From Macrostomum lignano (Eukaryota): a stretch of DNA of 64,000 nucleotides. The notes under the pieces were generated by a model that worked only from the letters and a program-made list of their open reading frames with translations, was not told where the DNA came from and did no database searches. Location of the stretch: positions 1-64,000 of the forward strand of contig NIVC01003686.1 of assembly GCA_002269645.1 (NCBI GenBank), read 5' to 3'. Every line of letters starts with the position of its first letter. Positions within the stretch are counted from its first letter, which is position 1. The position numbers and the translations under genes were made by a program. Shown here in pieces: positions 51,371 to 64,000 of the stretch.

Positions 51371-51994
51371 CCAGTTTCCTTGGCAACACGAGCAGGCCGG
51401 ATAATTATATCATTATAAATATTATATCATTATTATTGGCGTGCAAGTCGGTGTCACCTGCAGAAGGAATCAAGTCTCTGTACTATGTGATTTCGGAGCC
51501 ATTCAAAGTTAAAGTTTCCGCTGGTTCTAGTGTATTTAGATGGGAAAAGTCCGAGAAATTTAACTTGAATCTGCCCAGCTGTGTCAGCACACTCAGATAT
51601 GAGATTATTTAAATTATTAGAACGTGCCAGTGTTGTGACATAGCCTCATCTAGAATGTCGCAGGCTCCCTTCAGCGGGCGAGCCTGGGATCGCTTCAGTC
51701 CGCTGGCCGGACTGACTTCAATAACTACTAAGCGTGTGAGATCGCGTCAAGACACTGAGCCGGTCCGTCCCTAGATCCCACAACTCGTACATCCCCGAAG
51801 ACAGTATTCCCACGCAAATAAAGCGGGTAAAACTCACTGTTTTGTTTCTGCAAGGAGCCAGTAGCTGTAAATCACTAGCTGTGAGAGTGAGGCAGAGCGG
51901 CCGAGAGGTGTCTAATACAAATGCGTTGCTCGTTTTAAAATAGATTGAGTCTAGAATAGATACTAGCTGGTTAGAAGATCGCAAGCCTAGAGAA

Positions 51995-52500
51995 GTTCAA
52001 GCAAATGCTGTGAAGACCTGCAATTCCTGGAGACCCTGCAGCACCCTGGAGTACAGCCCGAAAATTTCCAGCACCGATTGGCCCTCAAAAAGCTCGATTG
52101 GTCCGTTTATCGACAGCGCAATTTATTTTGCAAGGAAGCGGGCCAAGTCTAACAACAACGCTCGATTATCTACTAAGTGACAGCGCCGACAACATAGCGT
52201 CCTACTTGACCAAAAACATGCTCAAAGTTCACTTCAAACCCAGAAAAACTCAAAGTGACAAATTCACGTTTAGCCGACACTATGGCTTTTTGAACTTCGT
52301 CTCTCAGATGTTGGCGGAATAATAGGAATTTATCTGGGCATGTCGCTGTTGACTCTGTATGAACTGCATGCTTGAGCTAGTCTACGATTTGGTGATGTCG
52401 CTTCGCAAAGATTCACAACAGTCAGCCGTTTTCGCCTTGAAACAGTACAAAGACAGTGGCGCTTCTGACAGAAACAGGCAGTATGGACACCATGAGGACC
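51995..52500 (+). pseudogene. DEG/ENaC pseudogene, 3' remnant (paralog of 59475-61130)
   Basis: LDYLLSDSADNIASYLTKNMLKVHFKPRKTQSDKFTFSRHYGFLNFVSQ and GIYLGMSLLTL in another frame align to the C-terminal third of the intact ENaC ORF; frameshifts and stops present. Confidence 0.85.
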
Positions 52501-52636
52501 TAAGAAGTTCATTGATTATTAAGCGTGCATGTATAGGAACTTAGCTCTAGATTATCAATTTAAGACGTTAGTCTTTAAAACGTTTATTAGTTCCTTACTT
52601 GAAACATACGAGTAAGATGCATTGTAAACTGCTATT

Positions 52637-53035
52637 GGGGCCGTAGCCTAATGCTCTAGCACGGCGCTCTGATGCGCCAGCGGCCCAGGCTCGGTTCCAA
52701 GTGCAGTCACATTAAAGTGGGGCTAAATTGAAATCTTGAATTGGGTCCAAAGCACAGTGAAGTGTACATGCCCAACGATAAATATACTCAGCAACATTGA
52801 AAAGTCGCCACCCTTTGCCCCAGTGAGCCGTGTCTTTTGACCAGCAATCCATTCAATCTTCGCCTTTCGCTCTTCCCAATCCCTCCTCACCCAGTTGCGT
52901 CACTTAAAAGTCAATCTGAGCTAGAATTTACTGTGTACTCTCAAATGTGGCGACTTCCTAATGTTGTTGAGTACAATTTCGCTTAGAGTGCCGTCAAGGT
53001 GCACAGAGCCCCTGACTCTTATAAAAATACATGTA
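52637..53035 (+). mobile_element. Older, degenerate copy of SINE family B
   Basis: Head GGGGCCGTAGCC..CCCAGGCTCGGTTCCAAGTGCAGTCACATTAA and tail TCGCTTAGAGTGC..GGTGCACAGAGCCCCTGACTCTTATAAAAA match 61632-61967. Confidence 0.75.
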
Positions 53036-54098
53036 GAGTAAAATAGGAAAACAATGTATATTCGCTTACATAATCGTTAAAAAACCAGCTTTGAAAAAAA
53101 GCATACAAGCAGAAAATAAAAAAAAATTGTAATCTATGGTTCATTTATCACTCAGTTTTATTTTTCTGATGACACGCCGAGAAGCATAGTGGATAAATTT
53201 AAAGATTAAACAGCTACATGCCAATCGATATAAATTTAGTGAGACAAAACCTGAAGAAATGTTCATTAGCATGGATGACCTGCAGCACCTACAACATCCC
53301 CGTCTATAGCATCAGGTCATGATTTCAATGCCGGTTTATACTGGTTCTGTAATGAATTCTAGTCCAGAGCCTTTGCCTCTGCCCGTTTGCTGGGTGGGGT
53401 GTAGTTGTGCTTCGTGGATGTAAGGGGACGGGGTTGGTTTAGCGGGGTCGCTCTTGCCCGCTGCGTAAAGCACTTGACTTGAATTATTGGGTTGCTTGCT
53501 TTCTTTTGCTTGCTTTCCTCGTTTCTTTTACGCTCGTACACACCTTGACTTGACATAATGAAATTCGCTTAAACTATACACGCTTCTCGCCGTCACACAT
53601 GTGCCTTTGCTTTGTTCCTTTCGGCTCAGTTGGCTAATTGTATTGAATCATATTCATTCATGCAATTAAAATTTCACATAAGCACTCCGATAGCGGCTTT
53701 TAATTTCTCGGTCATGGCATGAAAATGCCAATGATGAATGCAGAATGGAAGATTGTCTAAAATACAAAGGACACTAATTGGAACGGTCGACGTGAAAAGT
53801 CCCTAACTAAACACTTCCGCAGTTTGTGAATTTCTCACTGCTACGTTAATTCTTTAACCCATTTAGTATAGAGCATTGCAAACAATAATTTTTCTTGGCT
53901 TTGCGGTGTTTATACAGGTGGTGCGCTCTCTGGAGTGGAGCAGCTCTCCGTAACTAAGCAAGCCAGCTAAGAGTAGCAAACTCAGCTGCAGTGAACCCAC
54001 AAAACTAAGAATACTTACTTACTACTGACGGGGGGCGCAGGCGCCGCGAATAGGCCGCGAGGCCCCTATCGCAACCCCAAGGTAAAAGAGCACAAGGA

Positions 54099-59200
<5,102 letters not shown>

Positions 59201-59474
59201 TTAGCAGCCACCTGCCCCGCAAAAAAGCAGCAGGGGGGATCCGTCCCCCACCAGCAGACCAAGACGAGGAAGCTAGCCGCTTCCACGCCAGGCCAGAACG
59301 AAAAGGAGGGGGAAGAGCCTCCTCGAAAAACGAAAAGCTGGCGGATGTCACAGAGTCCCTCGGTTTAAGTTGCCGTTTGCCCCCCAAAACTAAGAATAAG
59401 TAACTGGGCTGTGCAGACCAGCGCAGGTTGCAGACAGACACGAAATCGTTTCCTGATAACTTTGCTAGGTAACA

Positions 59475-61130
59475 ATGCAGTCACTAAAGTCAGCTTTGGA
59501 GAACACTTCGGCGCACGCGCTCCCGAGAACAGTGTCAGCCAAGCCAATTTACATCCGAATCGTCTGGTTGCTGATCTTTTTCACAATGCTGGCGCTTTTC
59601 CTCACAGGATTCAGCGATTTTGTGGTTAAACTGCAGCAGAACGAGCCAACCAGCACACAGGAAGTGGGAGTTGAGAGCTTCGTCTTCCCGGACGTGTACA
59701 TGTGCTTCGAGAGTCCAATCTCTGGAAGCTACTCCGCGAGGGTCGATGCGGCCACAGCTGATGAAATCAATGCGGGATTGAATGCGACAAGCGGAGCCAT
59801 ACAGAACTATATCGCAATGCTGGGTATAACAGGTGAAGAAGCTCGGCAAACTGAAGCAGAGTTCAGCTTCATGTATCCACAGTCCCTGCCTTACAGCTTG
59901 CTGATTGACGCTCTGGGGCACAGAGTAGAACAGTCGGTGATCACCAGCCAAATCACCTACCTCAGCAACTATGGAACGGCTTTGTATCGGGACCTTCGAC
60001 CTGAAAGCTTCTATCATCCGAAGTGGCTTCGCTGCCTGAAATGGGCCCTCAACAGTTCGATGCAAGCAAAAATTTTGCAAGCGGGAAAGACGTCAGGCAT
60101 AATTGCTCGAATTCTTATCGATCAAAACTTCTCCGATATTTATAGCGCCTCTAACAGAATTCAACAGAAGGTGTTCGATCAGAGCACCCCGATCCCGACC
60201 TCGGACTGGACTCTTGGCGACCCGGTGGGTCCAGACAGGAGCTCGGGTGTCCGCGTGTTCCTCGCACCTCCGGGTCAGTACCCGTCCGACTTCACGACGT
60301 CGTTCTCGCTCAGTCCCGGGAAGCACCACACCGTGGAGATCGGCATGACCAAATATCAGTACAAATCTGGCCAGTTCGATTGCTTGGAGAATGAGCCCCC
60401 AGTTCAGTTCTTGAACCCTTACGATCGGACTCCCTATGAGTACAGTTACAGCTACTCGTACTGCTTCTACTACCAGTATCACAAGCAGTGTCAGACTTGC
60501 TTGCAACTGTCCGGAGAGATTAGCCCAATGCCGTGGCCATTAAGAGGCTACAAATACGTGACCAACCTCACTGGTTTGCCAAACTTTTTCTCAGTATTGG
60601 CCATGAATGGTTCGCTTGGAGAATATTGCGATGCTGCGATCAACCAGACTCGTGTGAATGCCGTGAAGGCGTGTCAATCAAAACGGCTGTGCAGTGACCA
60701 GGACTACAGCGTTCGGATCTCCAGCACTGACTGGCCTTCGCTCAGCTCGCTCGATCCGTTTATCAGAAGCTTCATCTTCCAGTCTTGGAACAGGGCCAAA
60801 GCCCAGAATCTCAGTGTGCCGGCGCTGGACTTTCTGCTTAGCGGCAGCGCCGACAGGGTCGTCAGTTACTCGAACAGAAACTTGCTTAAAGTGCACTTTT
60901 TACCGAGTAAAGTTCAGTGCGACAAGATCACCTTCTCGAGGGATTACGGAGCATCGAGTTTCATCTCTGATGTTGGTGGCATCATGGGAATTTACCTGGG
61001 AATGTCCTTGTTGACGCTGTGTGAAGTTCTTGAACTGATCTACGATATATCAGTAAATTATCTGCTGAAAAGAAGAGGTCAATCGGTCAACGCAGGAACT
61101 ATAACAGATGGCGAAAATGATGTGAATTAA
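59475..61130 (+). CDS. DEG/ENaC (ASIC/FaNaC-like) sodium channel subunit, intronless, 551 aa
   Basis: TM1 IVWLLIFFTMLALFL; FPDVYMC; GVRVFL.PPGQYP..FSLSPG; YSYSYC; LLKVHF; TM2 FISDVGGIMGIYLGMSLLTLCEVLE with G-M-S selectivity filter. Confidence 0.92.
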   Translation: MQSLKSALENTSAHALPRTVSAKPIYIRIVWLLIFFTMLALFLTGFSDFVVKLQQNEPTSTQEVGVESFVFPDVYMCFESPISGSYSARVDAATADEINAGLNATSGAIQNYIAMLGITGEEARQTEAEFSFMYPQSLPYSLLIDALGHRVEQSVITSQITYLSNYGTALYRDLRPESFYHPKWLRCLKWALNSSMQAKILQAGKTSGIIARILIDQNFSDIYSASNRIQQKVFDQSTPIPTSDWTLGDPVGPDRSSGVRVFLAPPGQYPSDFTTSFSLSPGKHHTVEIGMTKYQYKSGQFDCLENEPPVQFLNPYDRTPYEYSYSYSYCFYYQYHKQCQTCLQLSGEISPMPWPLRGYKYVTNLTGLPNFFSVLAMNGSLGEYCDAAINQTRVNAVKACQSKRLCSDQDYSVRISSTDWPSLSSLDPFIRSFIFQSWNRAKAQNLSVPALDFLLSGSADRVVSYSNRNLLKVHFLPSKVQCDKITFSRDYGASSFISDVGGIMGIYLGMSLLTLCEVLELIYDISVNYLLKRRGQSVNAGTITDGENDVN

Positions 61131-61631
61131 AGTTTTATACCAATGATTAAAACTGCACTGAAAACAACTACGGAGAATAATGTGAAAACTATCCATCATT
61201 AATATTTACGTTATTTACACTAAAAATAATTTTTTTCTGGAATTTAGAGCGGAATCTCTTTTGTTGCTATGTAGCTTTATCTAATAATTCTTTCACTCAA
61301 GATAGCTGTTGGAAGTCAATCCTTAAGCCGTACATTAATGTCACTGGTCCCCGATTTAATTTAGCTATGATTTATTTCTAGCAAAGTGGGCATACACAGG
61401 ACATTGAATACAGGAATGAAAGAGCTGGAAAATTGTCAGACAATCTGGTTAAACAATCGGTGCACAGTCCTCCTGTTTATTCAGTCAATTATTTACCTGG
61501 CTTTAGAGTTTTAGTTTTCCGATTAGCAATTGATAGTAGCTATTTTACAATCAGGATTTTACAAAAGTTTTTTTTGTCTCGTCCCCGACTGCTTGGAGCA
61601 GCAATACAAGCGTACCTACAGGCTATCGCCA

Positions 61632-61967
61632 GGGGGCCGTAGCCCAGCGGTCTAGCGCAGGCTCTGGTGTGCCAGCAACCCAGGCTCGATTCCAAGTGCA
61701 GTCACATTAATTTGGGGCTGAATTGGAATCTCGGCTTGGCTCTGCTCGTGCAATTAACGGCCTTGAGAGCCAACCCCCCAAGGCACAGTGAAGGCCGCTG
61801 TACACTCCTGTGTGAGTGTGTGCCTGCGTACGTATCCGTGCGCTTGTATGCCTGCTCAGGGGAGTCGGCGGAATGGGCAGTAATGCCTCTCGCCGGTTGT
61901 GTGCCTATGTCGCTTAAAGTGCGCCAGGGTGCACACAACCCCCCTGCCTCTAATAAAAAAAAATAAA
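61632..61967 (+). mobile_element. tRNA-derived SINE family B, intact copy
   Basis: A box TAGCCCAGCGG, B box GGCTCGATTCC, A-rich tail, 14-bp TSD ACAGGCTATCGCCA (61618-61631, 61968-61981). Confidence 0.9.
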
Positions 61968-62548
61968 ACAGGCTATCGCCATGCATCCAATGATAGCGGC
62001 GTTGGAATTGACAACGGCACACGGACTACACAGAAGCGTCTCTGGAAAAATCACGTCAAAAAATTATGCATAAAATACGGTTCGCACTACTAAAGAGGGC
62101 AAATACACGATTAAAATTTATTAAAATTGCTAAAAAAGGTAAGTTGCCTATTAAGTCTGTAAAATATTAGCAAAACGGAAATAAGGTGTGTACAAAAGGC
62201 GAAATGTACGTGCTTACAAAAAATAAATAGCTCATCAAATAGTCAATTCATGCCACGTAGATTATAAATTCACTGTAACAATTAGTGGTCCCATCGAACC
62301 GTAAGCTTGCTTCCATAACCTGACGTCTGAAATAAAGGTACTGCATTACAGATCGAGTGATGTGCTGGGAGACGTGAAGAGTAAAACAAGCACTGTTGAA
62401 TCTTTTTTCGTTGATTTTGCTCGTTTTCTCAACATCTTCACTTCAATGGCAGCAGCACGGCCGAGATTTTATCATGAGTATGGAAACTGTCCTTGATTCT
62501 CCTTGCTCAGACCACCGTATGCTTGAAATCCATAGATAGCTAGACAGA

Positions 62549-62800
62549 CCAAGGACTACTTAAGTCGAAGGACGGAAAACCTCGTATCGTGGAAAATTTT
62601 AAGAGGCGGGTTTTTTCTGAAGAAAAACACACTACGGAGATAGGAAGTTTTATTGTTCAACACGAAAATTATTATTGCGATAGTAGATAGACTAAATTTT
62701 TATCGTTTGACATGTTGTGCTTTTCTTATATAGCTCTATTGATATTCATACATAGAGCTTTTTGTTTGGGAAAAAGGATTCTATGTTTATTATTTTTTCT
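62549..62800 (+). mobile_element. Diverged single arm of the CAAGGAC long-TIR family (see 9822-10518)
   Basis: CAAGGACTACTTAAGTCGAAGGACGGAAAACCTCGT..CACTACGGAGATAGGAA aligns to the left TIR at 9822; no partner arm seen. Confidence 0.75.
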
Positions 62801-63355
62801 TGTTTATGTTCAATCTTGTTTGTTTATTTTCAAATTGTACGAATAGATTTTCTGTGCCCAAAAACCGTTAAAATCACACTGCTTTTTCATTCTCCACCAT
62901 TCTCTCGAAAATTCTCTCCTCACTCCTCAAAAAGGTAACTTATCGAGCTAATTATCAATAATTTAAAGCGATAAAGGTTGATAGATGCAGAGCAGTGGTT
63001 TTTTGTGCCCTCTACAAAACAGAATTATTGGTAGAATTTTGGCGAAAAAAGATGCTTAAGTGAATAGCAATCAGATAGAAGCAGATTTTTTGAAAAATCT
63101 CGAAGCCATACATTGGTGTAGCCAAAGTGAAAAGATCTTGATGCAGACACTTCCGCACAGCTAATTGCAGCAAATGTGAGAGTGTCCACTAATTCCCTAA
63201 TCCATTAGGGTATATAGACAATTTCAAACTGTGCATTACGTTTCCATGGAAAATTTGAAAAACGATTAGTAGTATAAACCCATTAGCTAGAGCTCTTTGA
63301 TTTGTATCTTGTATCTTAGTATTAAAGATATCTTGGTTTTGTGATGTTTACACAG

Positions 63356-63635
63356 GTGGTGCGCTTTGACATGGAGCATCTCTCCGACACAGAGCTAGCC
63401 ACAGCTAAAATCAGTACACTTGTAGCTGCAGAGAGTCAACAAAACCCAGAGAAATCGACCAGATTGCAGCAGGTTAAAGACGGGAAGAAATTGTCTGCTG
63501 AGAATTTCGCTGGGGTAATTATGGCTTAGTTTAATTAGTATGTTGCTGAGATGAATGATGCCCGAACCTGCGAGTATTTTCATTGTCATTTTCATTGCCT
63601 GCGAGAGCAACAAGTGCATGGTCTTAGGTGACTTT
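63356..63635 (+). pseudogene. Probable 5' remnant of a third ENaC paralog (leader exon and degenerate N-terminus)
   Basis: ACAG|GTGGTGCGCT..GGAGCA.CTCTCCG matches 53911-53950; the downstream part matches 59420-59477; a frameshifted ESTSAHGL-like segment lies at ~63598-63630. Confidence 0.4.
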
Positions 63636-64000
63636 TCGAGTTATTTAGGAGCATCACTGGAAAATGACGAAAAATGCTAATAATGATAAAAAACCAAGCT
63701 AGAAAATATCGATTATTCGTATTTTAAAATGACTTTTTCGAATATTATCTAGCAGCATCTCGCATCTCCGAACAAATTAGTTACTTTTTATCAAACTTAC
63801 ACTAATTTCTGTGGTAGCTAAGTTTCTTAATCGTTCTCTACTGAATTTACTAAAGTACGAGTTAATTTAGCTCGTAGCTTTATCTAGAAATATCTACTAC
63901 AAAAATAGCATACGTATATCAGGAACCACTCAAATTTTATCTGCGCATAGCTTATGCTTACTTTTTCCAGTATATTGACGGAGGGGTTGTCCTGTATTGT

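Noticed and set aside
53359-53556. 65-aa minus-strand ORF (and coding-looking 62300-62530)
   Set aside because: Short, no homology recognised, no supporting splice pattern.

Overview
Eukaryotic (metazoan) genomic window. The GC-rich, poly-Ala exons and minisatellite-filled introns resemble a flatworm such as Macrostomum; this is inference only. A 640-N gap (37614-38253) splits the window into two very different halves. Left half: three spliced genes, namely a PKDCC/VLK-like secretory-pathway kinase (+, ~5597-15214), PI4-kinase III beta (-, 20747-25653) and Sec31 (-, 27207-36641, with many single-base frameshifts). Their introns and intergenic gaps hold ~18 unrelated tandem arrays, several MITEs and tRNA-derived SINEs. 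Right half: no minisatellites, dominated by transposons. It contains a TIR DNA transposon with a 7-bp TSD (38794-42600) whose spliced hAT-like transposase remnant ends in a Spindlin-type Tudor-like domain with an apparently intact aromatic cage (the best candidate for something new). It also contains a complete but mutated Mag-like Gypsy element (43594-48194), a second decayed Gypsy fragment, and a full-length RNase H-containing LOA/R1-like LINE (54014-59384, 14-bp TSD) inserted head-to-head into the leader of an intronless DEG/ENaC gene (59475-61130), which sits in a decaying tandem ENaC cluster. All protein-family assignments come from motif recognition against remembered sequences; no searches were run.
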